DNA of 64,000 bases from the human T2T-CHM13v2.0 reference genome, Homo sapiens. A program made the position numbers and the translations under genes. Under the pieces are notes generated by a model. It ran no database searches. It saw nothing but the letters and a program-made list of their open reading frames with translations, and had not been told where the DNA came from. Of this stretch, positions 44,480 through 57,460 are shown one piece after another (the stretch's first letter is position 1; the number at the start of each line of letters is the position of its first letter). The stretch is from NCBI RefSeq assembly GCF_009914755.1, contig NC_060933.1; one strand, 5' to 3'.

Positions 44480-44945
44480 ACAATGATCTCTTTGTCATCC
44501 TCAAACACATCAGACGCGCTTCCATCTCAAGGTCTTGCACTTGCTATTCCCTCTACCTGAGATGCTCTTTGTTCAGGTCTCTCATCTCCTTCCGATCTTT
44601 GCTCCAACATTGCCCTTTTCTGACTTACTTATTTAAAACTAGACAGCCCTTTCCCTCATCTAGCATAGTTGTCTTTTTTTCTGCTTTTCTTTTTCTTCTG
44701 TATCAATTATCAACATCTGATAAAATACTTATTTTGTACTTTTTTCCTTTTCCTGTCTCCCTTTCCTTCTAGAATCATCTTTTAGAGCTGAGTGAATGGT
44801 GTCTCTGGATTGCATCTGCAACCTGACGTTCCAGAATGCTGGCTCCATGAAGACAAGGAGTTTTCTCTCTTTGGTTAACTGCTGATACCAGTGCCTGGTA
44901 CATAGTAAGAACTCAATAGATATTTGTTGAATAACTGAATTGGTA
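44480..44945 (+). mobile_element. L2 3' fragment
   Basis: CTCCATGAAGACAAGGAG...CAGTGCCTGGTACATAGTAAGAACTCAATAGATATTTGTTGAATAACTGAAT. Confidence 0.8.
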
Positions 44946-45369
44946 AGCAGATAAAAAGCATGGGAGATTTTAAGGACAAAGAAGAGAGGTAGAGGACAAG
45001 CATTTATATACCATAAACTCTTTGCAAAGCACATGGATTACAGAACTAGTTTAAGATTGATATTTTGTCTATTTTACAGTTGAGTAAGTGGAAGCTCAGA
45101 ATGGTAAAGTGACTAACCCAGTGCCACACATCAAATAAGTAGAGAAGTCCAGAGTCGAACCTAAACCTGATTCAAATAGTTAAAATGACATAGGCCTGAT
45201 TAACTTTTAGTGATCTCAGGTGGCTCTTTGGGTCTTGCTCTTCCATGTTAATGCACTTCTCCCCTGAACTAAACATGTAGCTTTCTGAGGTGGCCCAAAG
45301 TGCATGGAACTGATTGCCTCCCAGTCATGGGATGGATAAATGATGGCATGGCAACCCTTGGGGCTGGAG

Positions 45370-45380
45370 ATGACTCAGCA
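45370..45380 (+). promoter_or_regulatory. Consensus ARE / NF-E2 (NRF2-sMAF) motif with embedded AP-1 site
   Basis: ATGACTCAGCA in unique sequence. Confidence 0.5.
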
Positions 45381-46220
45381 GACCAGAGCTGGAAAAAGAG
45401 CCCACCTCTCCCCACCCTAAACATCTCATTCATTCTCTAATGTCAGGTGCCTTACTACCCCCATGCTGGGACAGTTAATAGCTCACCCAATAAACGGGTG
45501 TGTAACAAAGTCTACTGCAAGGCCATCGTTACTTGCAGTATCAAGTAATGATACTTGCATCAACTTTGGCTGATCTCTGTGCTGGCCACATGATTAATTC
45601 CAACTGGTTGTTGTCCCCTGCCTGGGGTCATTCAGAAATCCTTCACTTCTTGGCTGATAGTCTACAGATTCCCAGTGCTTGTGAAAGGATTCGAGAGTTT
45701 TCTTCCTCCCTCCCATTCTTCTTTCCTTCATTACTTCATTTATTTATTTTTTCATATAGTCATATATAGATCTAGTTATTCATTCATTCATGGATTCATT
45801 TATTCATTAATTAATTTACTCAAATATTTCTATGATACTAATTTATAATCTGTATTCATTCATAAATGCATACACAGATTCAGTTTCTTAATCAACTCAG
45901 GTATTGTAAGGGATATGATGAGAGTTATCTCATCTTGGAGAAATCACTTAACTCCTCTAAGCATCATTGTCCAATTGAAGGAGGTAGACTTAGAGTACAA
46001 ACCTAAGCCAGCTAGAACCAAACGCCTCATTCAACTCAATAATTCCTTGAGTTTAAGATATGTAAGACACAACACTGCCTTACAATATTTTCTAGTCTAT
46101 TTCATATATTTTCCATCCCAACCTAGTGTGATTCATATGTTTTCCATCCCAACCTAGTATACACATGCATGTATATATGACTGAAATGCAAGCTTTATGA
46201 AAAAATCCTTAGGCTTGCCA

Positions 46221-46222
<2 letters not shown>

Positions 46223-46270
<48 letters not shown>
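46223..46270. repeat. (CA)n microsatellite
   Basis: ~24 units. Confidence 0.99.
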
Positions 46271-46273
<3 letters not shown>

Positions 46274-46359
46274 GCCCCATACTGAGGAGATTAACAAGTA
46301 AACAAATACATTCAGGATAATGTATGTATAATACATTCAGGATAATGTTTTTAAGACAC

Positions 46360-46363
<4 letters not shown>

Positions 46364-46458
<95 letters not shown>
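46364..46458. repeat. Compound (CT)n-(AT)n-(ATTT)n microsatellite grown from an Alu tail
   Basis: Seen directly; abuts the minus-strand Alu 3' end. Confidence 0.97.
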
Positions 46459-46842
<384 letters not shown>

Positions 46843-46929
46843 TGACTTTACAACCTACTAATGGATTATGACCTGAAGTTAGAAAACTATGGTGTAGAAG
46901 ATCTAGAGAGAGACCTTCGATTACAAGTA

Positions 46930-47570
46930 CATATAACACAAGCTGGATACTTGGATACTGTTTTAGACTCTTCACTCATCTTCCACATCCAGCAGCCTTC
47001 TACATGTGTAAGCTCTGTCTCTTACATAGCCCTCCAGTCCATCCTCCAAGCTGCAGCCAGTGATCATTCTAAAATATGCCTCTGATGGAAAGTCTGTAAT
47101 AGTCTTCACTTGTCTACACTATAAAAGAAAAAAACAATAAATGCATCTAATTCCTTAGTCTTGTCTGGCCTTGATTTCTCCTCCAGGGTCATTTCTCACT
47201 AATTCTGCTTTTGTATCTCATGTTGAATCAATGTTGAGTCATGCACAAGTCCTTGAATCTTTCATGTTCTTTCATATGTTGGGCCTTTGCTTTTGAAGAT
47301 TTTTCTGCCTGGAATTCCCATTTCACCCAATACTGGGCTCATTCCAGGATCAGCTCAATCCTTTGTTTTTCTATGTAGCCTTTACTGACAGCCTCCTTAG
47401 CCATCATCCCCTTACTTTTCACATTATCCTGAATATATCTGTTTACTTGTTAATCTCCTCTGTATGGGGCCCATAAGGTCCAGAACTTTATTAATGGAAA
47501 TTTCTCCATCCCCAGGACTCAGAACAGTGTTTCACATAGGTTAGGTGCTTAGAAAATATTTCTAAAGGTA
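46930..47570 (+). mobile_element. L2 fragment
   Basis: CAGTCCATCCTCCAAGCTGCAGCCAGTGATC...GGCCTTTGCT...CCCCAGGACTCAGAACAGTGTTTCACATAGGTTAGGTGCTTAG. Confidence 0.75.
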
Positions 47571-47572
47571 TA

Positions 47573-48042
47573 TGTAGTGACCTGGATCAACAGGATTTGA
47601 TGTGTCAATACCTGCAGCGGAATTGATTCACCATGCGGAAATCCAATGGCAGGGGGCTTAACTAATCAAGAGCCCTAGTCTGAGTACTCTGAATTTTAAC
47701 CCTGCATCTGCACTGAGGACACACTTCCTACAGGCTGTTCCTAGCCAACGACTGGGCATAGCAGGGATACTAAGGCAAGCCCATTCTGGGAGATACAGGA
47801 ATCCTCAGATGGCAGACTGTCTTGAGGATTCCCTTAGGCTGGGCAGCAGCCTGGGATGCTTCTGCACAGCCTTCCTTCCCACTCTCCTTCACACAGGGTC
47901 AGACTCCCCACAACCTGATGGCTCCCACCCAGCCTTCACAGCAAACTCCCATCTTCTCTCACATAGGCCTTTCCCTTAATACAATCCTTTGATGTTTTAT
48001 CCCATCTCAGCATCTGCTTCTCAGAGGATCCAAGCTAACACA
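47573..48042 (+). mobile_element. Solo ERVL LTR, LTR16A-like
   Basis: TG...CA ends; CCTAGCCAACGACTGGGCATAGCAGGGATACTAAGGCAAGCCCATTC; 3' end CATCTGCTTCTCAGAGGATCCAAGCTAACACA. Confidence 0.8.
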
Positions 48043-48121
48043 CTATCCTCAATGTACATATGAAGGTACCAAGGCTGAGAGAGGTCATGTGACTTGTGAA
48101 CAATTGATAAGACTGAGGTTC

Positions 48122-48332
48122 AGTTGAGTGCTGGTAAATGTTTAACAACTTGGCTCTCTGTGGGAAGAGAGGAAAAGTGCCGATTCATAGCACTGGCTGA
48201 TTTCCAACATATAAATACTTCCACCCTGGCCAATTTCACACTACCACTGTGATTTCCCTGAACGTGGACTTGGGAAGATATGTGTGCAGTTGTCCTCAGG
48301 AGCCAGACAAGCTGGCTGTAGTGCACCTCTGT
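48122..48332 (-). mobile_element. MER63A-like hAT-Blackjack MITE
   Basis: GTGCTGGTAAATGTTTAACAAC...TTGGGAAGATATGTGTGCA...GAGCCAGACAAGCTGGCTGTAGTGCACCTCTG. Confidence 0.75.
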
Positions 48333-50194
48333 GAGGCTGCAAGCCTAGGCTTCTGTCTCTCTGGGTGGCACCCTTGACAGCCCTCCCCAGTTTTTCCCCA
48401 CTGAGTGCTCTTCTCAGTTGGCGGGGTGGGGCGCCAACAGCCTATTCTGGGAAGTCTCTGTCCAGTCAGTGGGCTGGAAACCTTGTGGACATGCAGCTTC
48501 TCCCTGGGTTCAGGGGGTGGATAGGGGCTCTCATGTCCCTAAAAATGTAGGCTCTGCCAGATGGGGAATAGTCACAGGAGGCTTGTGACATCAAAATGGC
48601 CTTGGAGGACCCTTCTGGCTGTAGCATGGAAGATGGATTGAAGGAGTGAAGGCAGAAGACAGCAAGACCAGTAAGAGGTGGTTTAAATAAGAGACATAAA
48701 GTAGTGGTGTGGGAACTATTTCACGAAGAAGATGAAGGAAGGACGGTTGGCAGGCAGAAGGCAGGACAGATCATACTACTAGTTATTGAATAACGGCTAG
48801 TTATTGAAACTGTACTGCCTGCCAGGCTGTATGCTAGGCACTTTCTCATTTTACACCCCTCTCCCAAAATGTCAAGGTAAGAGTTATTATCTCTGCATCC
48901 CAGATATGAAAACCAAGCCTCAGAGAGACTGTGCCTTTAATAATAACCATAATGAAACAGGTAGCAAAAATAGTAGCTAACATTCACTGAGCCTCTACTG
49001 TATACATGAATATTATTATCACCTCACTGTAAAGATGCGATTAAACAGCTAACAAATGGTGGAGCTGAAACTATAATTCAGGTACTTAGTCTCTTGGTAA
49101 AGGCCTAAGTATTCTTCTCTAGATGTCATTAATAATTCAGATGAAGCCCCCAAATGTGGGATATACTCTCATTTCTCCTTCTCACCAGGATATTAGAAAA
49201 TGTATAATGCAAAAAAAATTAAGAAATGATTCTGAGATCCATTTAGCAGGTAGAAAACCTTCCTATTGGGACAAGGATGCTTTGCATTTCAATTCAATAC
49301 TGTACTAGTGGACTAGCCTATAGTGAGCTCATCACATGGAAAGAGTTTTGGATATTTTTTTAAATTTTTAAATTTTAATTTTTATCTTTTTTTAGGAGAT
49401 GTTAAGTAGATGAAAGACCAAGAAAAGCGAGGGAGAAAATTCAATATATTTGAGAACAAAGGCAGCCATTAACCTGTCCATCTTCAGAACCTGAATCGGT
49501 AGCCAAATCTCAGCAGACAGAGCTACGTAATGCCAGATAAATCTTCTTGCTGAATGAGAGACCCATCCTACCAGCATAAACAACATTTGAACACTCTAGC
49601 CCCCAGCCTTACCAGCCAGCTCTCCATTCTCTACACACAGAGTCTTTGTTGGGACACTCCAGGCCAGTTATTTCACCATCCTGAGTCTGGTCCCTCTCTG
49701 AGGCCCAGGGACATATATTCAGTTCAGGTTTGAATTAAGGAAAGATACTACTACCTTGATGGGGGATCAGGACCACAGGACCAAATTGAACCAGGCAAGA
49801 CTGAAGGGGCCAAGGGATAGAGGATCCCCCTCCCGAAGGAGCCAACTGGAAGGCAACAATTGGATGGCCTGTTAAAGAAGAAAGAAGCTTAGGACAGGGA
49901 GAATGCCACTTTCCAGTATTACAAAAATATCCTTTAGGCAAGGTGAGGCCTTTTTTTACTCTGACACTATTTTTTTTTAAACCAACCCTGAAAGAAAAAT
50001 GATAGGGTCAAGGTTGGTCCAAGGAACAGTAGGTAGGGAAGCAGATGAGAGGTTCAGAGCTCTGGAGTGTGAGCAAGATATTCTTCTTCTAGGCACCTGA
50101 GTTACCTTCTTTCTAAATCAGGGCGAAATGTCCCTTTTCATGTTTCCTGAGTAGTCAGGGAAGCAACGAACCAAAGTCATTGGGAATTAGAACT

Positions 50195-50430
50195 AAGAAT
50201 CAGACGGGCCTCGTTTGCATGCCAATGGTGTCACTGGCTAGCCGTGCAACCCATGGCAAGCCACTGCAAGTCTCAGAGCTTTGGTTTGCTTGTGTGTGAA
50301 AATGACAAATATAGTGCAGGCCTAACAGAAGCATGGTGAACATCTGATGATGCAATATGTGCAAAGTGCTTAACGTAGTTCCTGGCACAATATTAAGTAC
50401 TTCATAAATGTTTGCTGTTATGATTATCAA
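50195..50430 (+). mobile_element. MIR SINE
   Basis: AATATGTGCAAAGTGCTTAACGTAGTTCCTGGCACAATATTAAGTACTTCATAAATG. Confidence 0.8.
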
Positions 50431-51049
50431 TCAAAACACAGCAGTAATAAATTAAGGCATGTTATTAGACCTTAGCTTTCCTACCAGTAAAGAACTAGAC
50501 AATCTCAAGTGTTCCTTCCAGCTCTGCTGTTTATCTGAAAATTCACGACAGACACTCAGTGATACAGAAATGTGTGCTCCAGACCATGTGAACTGGAGAA
50601 CAGAATTTGGTTCTCTTCAGCTTCAATTCACATTTGGGTTCATGTGTTTTGCTGCCTTCCTTCTTTTCTCTACGTATTGACACCTAGGAAAACTCAAGAT
50701 GCCAGAGATCCCTGACACCTGGCTCATATGGTAGGCTGCGTGATGATGGAGCCGAGAGCTGAACCGCCCAAGGACAGAGGGCCTCAGCAGGAACTTTGGG
50801 AATCAGCATATTGATACCTAAGTGGAGACCTCTTTCCAGACCCAGAAACTGGAGCATGCAAGGCCTTGGGGAAATGACCAGCAAGTTCATAGCCCAAGGT
50901 TTCTCTGACTGGTTGGAGAGTCTAATGTATTCCGTCATGCCGTCTAATTCAGAGTCTCCTTGCTTTGACTGTCTGTCTCCTGCTTCTGTTGGCTCTTGCT
51001 CAAGATGTGAAAAGTCATTGGAGATGCTTATTACCATGGGGTGGAAAAG

Positions 51050-51270
51050 TCAGGGGGCTTTGAAGCAGATTACTCGGTTCGAATCTGGGCTCCCTAACTT
51101 TGTTGTCTTGAGCAGGTGGTTTCACGTTTTTAGCCTTGCTTTCTTTATCTGAAGCATGAAGCTGATAATTTCTACTTTCCAAAGTTGTTTTATGAGCTTT
51201 AACTGAGATAACTGATATACAGTGCCCAGCACAGTTCATATAGTGGGTTTACAATTAATGTTCATTCTGC
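51050..51270 (+). mobile_element. MIR SINE
   Basis: GGTTCGAATCTGGGCTCC...GTCTTGAGCAGGT...CAGTGCCCAGCACAG. Confidence 0.75.
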
Positions 51271-51322
51271 CCCTTCTTTCCTTATCAATATAAGAATAAC
51301 CAAATCCTATATATTTACTTAA

Positions 51323-51710
<388 letters not shown>

Positions 51711-52462
51711 GAGTCTGTTATTTCTATATCCCAGCACCCTGCATTGATCTGGGCCAGGATGGTTGCTTGAGAAAGTGTGCTCATCTGAATCTGTTTCACT
51801 CAAAATCCTGTGATTCCAAGTAAGTTTTATTTGTTTAGTTACATAATAAGCAACCTTTGCTGAATCCTGTACCATCCTGACCTGTCCTGTCTTTTCTGGC
51901 AGAACAAGCTCTGTTAGGATCACTCACATGTTCTCCTTTTATTTTTTAAAAAAGGTATATTTTTAAAAGGAAGAAGGAGATACATCCTGAGAGTTTTGGT
52001 AATTGTTTCTTTGCAACATTTGCTGCCTAGAGAAAGTCAGATATGAACAGTAAGACACTCACAGGTCAGGATTAAATGAGATGGGGAAGATTGGAGCTGA
52101 TCTCCCTGGAGATGAAATGGAAGCTGCAAGGACTCAGATATGATTCGGTGCCACTGCCCCAGATGAGACTGAGGCACAATCCCTGGCCCCACGCTGGTGG
52201 TTTCCTCTCCCTGGGGCACCATCAGCTCCTACTGTAGCCATCAAGTCTATGTGGTTTCCCCAAGGGAGCCACCTGAAATCACCTTGTTCTTTGCTATCAT
52301 GACCGAGGCAGAGAGGGGAAAGAGACCAAGCTGAGCACTCGATCTGGACTCCAGCCCTCCTTCCCTGGGTCTTCTCACTTTTCTTCTATTCTGTCTCTTT
52401 TTCCATCTTTCACAACCCTTTCTCTTTCCCTATTTCTGGCCTCTCCCTCTTTTCTCTTTTAG

Positions 52463-52516
52463 AAACATTTACTGAATTACAAGTGCTTTTGATCCATGTG
52501 GAGTTATGTCCATACG
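52463..52516 (+). ncRNA. Candidate 54-nt exon
   Basis: ~90-nt pyrimidine tract ending TTTTCTCTTTTAG| and donor TACG|GTGAGT. Confidence 0.45.
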
Positions 52517-53165
52517 GTGAGTGTGAGTATTTGGTGTGTGCTGTGCTGTGGGTGCTACGTGAGTGGATGCCATCTAATGTGTCTGTGTCTGTTTGTGCTG
52601 GGTGGATCCATGTGGCACACGGTATGTATATCTTTACAGTATGCCTGTGGGAAGGTGGCTATGTTTACGCATCTGTGTGCCTGTGCTGTTTATCTATGAT
52701 ACGCCTCTTGAGGCATCTGTCATGTGTTGAGTACAAGCTGTGTGTTGTCTGTGCGTGGCATGCTATCCCCATGGTGTGTAACTTTGTATGTGTTGTGGAT
52801 CTACTGTATGTGTCTGTGTGCTTCCCGTGTGTGTGTGACCGTGTCTCTTTGTTATCTGCCTTTCGTTGGCTGCACATAGCTTGAATGTCCCTGTTGGGTG
52901 ATGTGCTCACATGCATGTTTATATGTGTTGGTATCTGTGTGTTGCCTTTGTTTTTGTTTAGCTGGCTGAGGTGACTGCATTGTGTATACCTGTATGGGAT
53001 GGATTGCATTCATTTGTGAGTCTGCACCCTATATGATTTCTCTAAATCCCCTGGCTGCATGCTGTGTCTGTGTGGGGTATGTTGCATTTGTTGTTTGTAG
53101 GTACAACTGCATATTCTGTGTGTTCCCCTGTGTCTCTGCCTCTGTGAAATGTGTCTGTGTGTTTT
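52517..53165 (+). repeat. Degenerate (TG)-rich low-complexity tract (~650 bp)
   Basis: Dense TGTG/GTGTG motifs with strong G+T skew on the + strand; generates spurious Cys/Val-rich ORFs. Confidence 0.9.
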
Positions 53166-53354
53166 CCCTGCCAGCTCCTCCTCCCCTTCGGGTGCCCCAG
53201 CCTCTCTCCCTGCCTTCTCCTCCCCAGGCTGTGACCACTCTCAGCTGACACCTCCGCTGCTCTGGCAACCCAAGAACAGCCTGGAGAAAGGTCAGCTGGC
53301 CGCCTTCCCCAGGGCCTGCCTGGATCCTTGGACCCCAGTGTTGCGTGGTGTGGG

Positions 53355-53370
53355 AGCGCCCTCTGTTGGC
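53355..53370 (-). promoter_or_regulatory. CTCF binding motif
   Basis: Minus strand GCCAACAGAGGGCGCT closely matches the CTCF core CCASYAGRKGGCRC. Confidence 0.65.
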
Positions 53371-53984
53371 TGTATGGGCCATGAACACCACTGGAAACAG
53401 ACTTCCTCTTTCCCTTGCTGCTCACCCCTGAGACTTCCAGCCTTCTTAATAAGGGACTTTAGGAGAGGAATGGGTAGGGTCGCCTATAATTTGCCGTTGA
53501 AAGCGAGATGTTTTGGAGAATGAAAGAGGGTGTGAATAAGTGCACTGAGATACTGAGTATTCGGCAGATGCGTCTTAAGCAGATGGTGAGGAAGGCTTCC
53601 CTGACCGCCTACTTGGGTCTCAGCCCCATGGGCATAAGCCAACAAAATGTGTGCTAGCCCTCACTGGTGAAAGGGTCAGCTATTCCCAATTTATGTTTGA
53701 GGAAGTCAGAATCTCAAATCTATGCTTACCCAATGACTTCACGCTTTCCCTTGGGAATAATTTCCCAAGACCCCAATTTCCCCTTTGCAGCAGGGACCCA
53801 AGGTGGAGACCCAAGGGTTCCAGTTCCAGAAAGAGGGAGGACTGAAATGTTTCTAGGGGATTTAACAGAAAGAGGTCAAAGGCACTCTTGTGAGAAGAAA
53901 GGGAATAGTTATAGAGGTACCCAGGACTTGTAATGCCCCAGGTGCGTGACTCTGACAGCCTCAACAGGAAGAGAAAGGTGCTGT

Positions 53985-54025
53985 GTGCACACATGTGGGT
54001 ACATGCGTGCACACATGTGGGTACA

Positions 54026-54059
<34 letters not shown>

Positions 54060-54070
54060 CACACACACAC
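53985..54070. repeat. 22-bp tandem duplication followed by (CA)n
   Basis: GTGCACACATGTGGGTACATGC x2 (53985-54028), then CA repeat. Confidence 0.95.
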
Positions 54071-54309
54071 ATCAGGAGGCAGAACATCCAACAGCCTGCA
54101 TGGCTAATATCGTGGGGTTTGAGAATATACACATTTACTATTTCCTGCGTTATAGAAGAAACACAACCAAAGGCACCATTTTATGCAAAAACATGAGTTT
54201 TCATTGCATTCCTTGTGCTGGTGATTAAAGAAGAGGCTCTGATAAGCAATGGCTATTCTTTAACTCAGGATGACAGCTCCAGGTGAACCAAAAGACCACT
54301 TGGCCCAAT

Positions 54310-54580
54310 TGGTCGAAAGTGTGTTCTTCAGAACATTACCTCCCATGAGACATTAATAGTTATTTGAAGGTGTGGCCAAATAAATTTGAAAAATACAGGA
54401 TTAAATAAAGTTAAACAGATTTTTTTTCTCATGGGATATCTCAGAGCCTTTAATATGATAATGTCTTATGAATTTCTAAGAAAGGAGGAGACTGTACTCA
54501 GCATTTCACAAAAGATATGAATAATGGATTTTTTTTCCAGAATGTTATGGGACAAAATTCTAAATTTACACATGGGCAAA
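54310..54580. mobile_element. MER102-like hAT-Charlie element (opposite orientation to the 43134 copy)
   Basis: AAAGTGTGTTC...TTAAATAAAGTTAAACAG...CTCAGAGCCTTTAATATG. Confidence 0.65.
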
Positions 54581-54689
54581 GCAAGACCCCAAGTAGCATA
54601 ATTCAGTTATTATTAAATAACTATTTACTACAAGAATCATGTTTTTTGTTTGTTTGCTTTTGCTTTTGTGTGTTTGTTTTAGTTAATCT

Positions 54690-54860
54690 CTTTGGATCTT
54701 GTACTAACCTACACAGGTAGGTACTATGTTATCATGTTAAATGACAGATGAGAAGAGAGACTCAGAGAAGTGAAGTGGTTTGTCCCAAGTTATGGCATTG
54801 GTCAGTGACAGCAACACTCAATACCAGGCACCTCTCTATAAACCATATACAACTTCCACT
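54690..54860 (-). mobile_element. MIR SINE
   Basis: ACAGATGAGAAGAGAGACTCAGAGAAGTGAAGTGGTTTGTCCCAAG. Confidence 0.75.
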
Positions 54861-55113
54861 TTGCCAACTCCTGTGAGTATGATTTTATAGAAAGTATAAA
54901 ATGTGGCAGTTGTCCCCAAAGCCATACGTTGTACTTAGAATTGTTTTTAAAATCATATAAAAAAGAGAAACATGGTATAAAAAATGTGGACAAGAAGTGG
55001 CATTGTACATCCAAGGTGAGAGGACTGAGTGAGACCTGGGAGAATCGGGGAAAACTTCCCAGGGGAAGTGAATTTTAGCTATGCTTTGAAGGATAGAGGA
55101 AGCTTAGTTAGAT

Positions 55114-55325
55114 CAAAGGTCAGCAACTTTTAAATATGAAGTAGCTGGTAGTAAATATTTTCTGCCTTGTGAGCCACACAGTCTCTGTTGCAAGTGCTTG
55201 ACATTGCCATGTAGTGTGAAAACAGCCATAGATAATATGTAAATAAAAGGACATGGCTGTGTTCCAATAAAACTTTATCTACAAAACAGACAGCCAGCCC
55301 ATGGGTCCTAACTTGCCAAGCCTTA
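55114..55325 (+). mobile_element. MER58A hAT-Charlie MITE
   Basis: GTAAATATTTT...GCCACACAGTCTCTGTTGCAA...CAGCCATAGATAATATGTAAATAA..CATGGCTGTGTTCCAATAAAACTTTAT. Confidence 0.85.
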
Positions 55326-57234
55326 AGTAAGAAGGAAAAAGGTAGGAAATGTGGCCTTTTTTGGCTACAGGAATCACTTTTTAAAAGATAGTGAGCAGTA
55401 TACTCAAAGGCCAGTGCCAGGCCCCAGACCTGCTCATAACTGTTCCCTTTCTGTCTCCCACTCCACCCAACCCCACTTCAATTGTGTTCTAAGCCCTGAG
55501 GGTGAGCTTATTGCAGCTATGCAAAGAGAAAGCTGCCTGCATTTGAGATAAGCTGAATAAACAGCTCACTGATCCCAGTGGAAGGTGCTTGTGAACATGT
55601 GCCTGGATTTAGTCTGTTGGGAAGGCAGAGAAAGACAACAAATCTAGTTTCCTCTTGAAAAAGAGATTGGCCTTTTCTCCTTTCAATAAGTCAAGGCCAA
55701 TGGTAAAATGCTTGCCCGTTTCTACCGACTGTGTGTGGACCACCTCCCCCTTTGCAGGTAGCAAAGCCAACGTGCAGAAGTCCCAGTTTCATCAGATGTA
55801 TCAGGGCAACATCTCTGCTATTTTATCTGTAGCACAGACCCCATGATGTTATTCCTTTGCACATTAAACTTCAGTAACCCTCCAACTGGTACGGGCTCAA
55901 AATCAAGTGCAGCAGCCTGGCATTCAATGAAAGACAATGTACAGCAGATTTCAAGTTAAGACTCTATCCTTACTCCCTTCAGCATCCATACCAACTAACC
56001 TACATTTGTCTTGGTGTCTCTTGTCCTTGTGCATGATTCACAAGCTACAACCTTCAGACTTTTGTACTTGCAATTAGAACACCCTTCTTTCTTCGTTTCA
56101 TTCAAGTCCTACCTTGTCCTTCAAGGCTCTACTTTTAATTCCTTTTGCTTGGTGATGACACCTGTATTTACCTCTAAATTACCACAACCCAGATACTGCA
56201 GTATCACTTTTATTGGCTTGCCTCTTTTTTTCATAGTAAAATTATGTTTTTAATAATTATAAAAATACAAACTTACTGATTAAAAAACTCAAGTGTTCTG
56301 GAATGTATAATTAAAAAAAAAAGAAAGAAAAATTCAGAAGGATGGTAAGGTCCAAAAAGATGAACAAAGGTAATATGGCACAGTCTTTCAGGGAATGCAA
56401 CTGCTTTGGTGTGGATGAGTACAGGATCCCTACAGAGGAGTGATGAGAAGTGAGGCTGGGGAGATGGCAGGATCCAGACCACCTTAAATTCTCTAGCTTC
56501 CATTGAGTCTTAATTTATAGATCATTAGAGAAAAAGCACATCTTTACTAAGCATCTAGGTTGACACATAGTCAGCAATCAATGTATCTTTGTTATATTAA
56601 TATAAGGTCTTGGGGTCCTAGGCTAAGAAAGCACCCCAAGTGGATTTCCTAACATTGTTCATATAGAAAAGGCACTGTCTGAGAGAGTCTGCAGTAGAAA
56701 GTTCAGGGGGTGCTGACTACTGCAGATAGTCCCAAAAGCAAGTTCCTTAATCATTTTCCCCTCAAAATATTGACTGTGTGCCTCTCCCTGTATATTGGAC
56801 TGTACACTAAAGCTAGGCAGGAGAATGTGAACAGATTCATTGCATAGTGAGCTGATAAGGGAAATGAGAATACATGCTGGGGAGTTATCCAGCTAAAGGG
56901 CAACTCTCTGGCAATGTGCTAAAAGGAGAAAAGCTCAGGGCACTGGTGATGGGGAGAGGAAGAGGGAGGAGGAAGCTCATGAGTGGCCCTTTGTCCCAAC
57001 ACTGACCTTCCCAACCTGGGAAGCATTTTACAAAGTAGCAGAATTATAAGTTTCAATGAACCCAAAAGGTTATTGAGCGCCCCACCCCTCTATTTGCATT
57101 TGGGTGCCATTTGGCCTCACTTTGAACTCTCCCTTTTACAGGGAATTCATCCTATATCCAGGAGGCCGGTGTGGAGCAGTGGCCAGATGCAGCTGTGGAC
57201 AATGAAAAGAGGAAGGAGGACCGATCAGTCCCCT

Positions 57235-57460
57235 AAGAAGCAGTTACTAATATGTCAGGCACTGACTAGGCATACGACCTGGTGTTTCACATATCTCTCA
57301 TGACAACCTTGTGAATGGGGATTAATATCCCTATTATACATGCAAGAAAACTGGGGCTCAGGGATATTGAGTTATTTGACCTAATTACAAATCTGGTAAG
57401 CAGTAGCTGGAATTCAAACTCAGGATGTTCTACCACCCAAGCCCATAGTATTTTAGCCAA
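57235..57460 (-). mobile_element. MIR SINE
   Basis: AAGAAAACTGGGGCTCAGGG...GTAAGCAGTAGCTGGAATTCAAACTCAGG. Confidence 0.75.

Noticed and set aside
50688-50730. Possible 43-nt + strand exon (similar weak candidates near 27060-27148 and 51903-51954)
   Set aside because: Donor or acceptor matches are mediocre and expected by chance at this density.
52483-53523. Overlapping 88-133 aa Cys/Val- or His/Thr-rich ORFs
   Set aside because: Artefacts of the TG-rich low-complexity tract; no domain resemblance.
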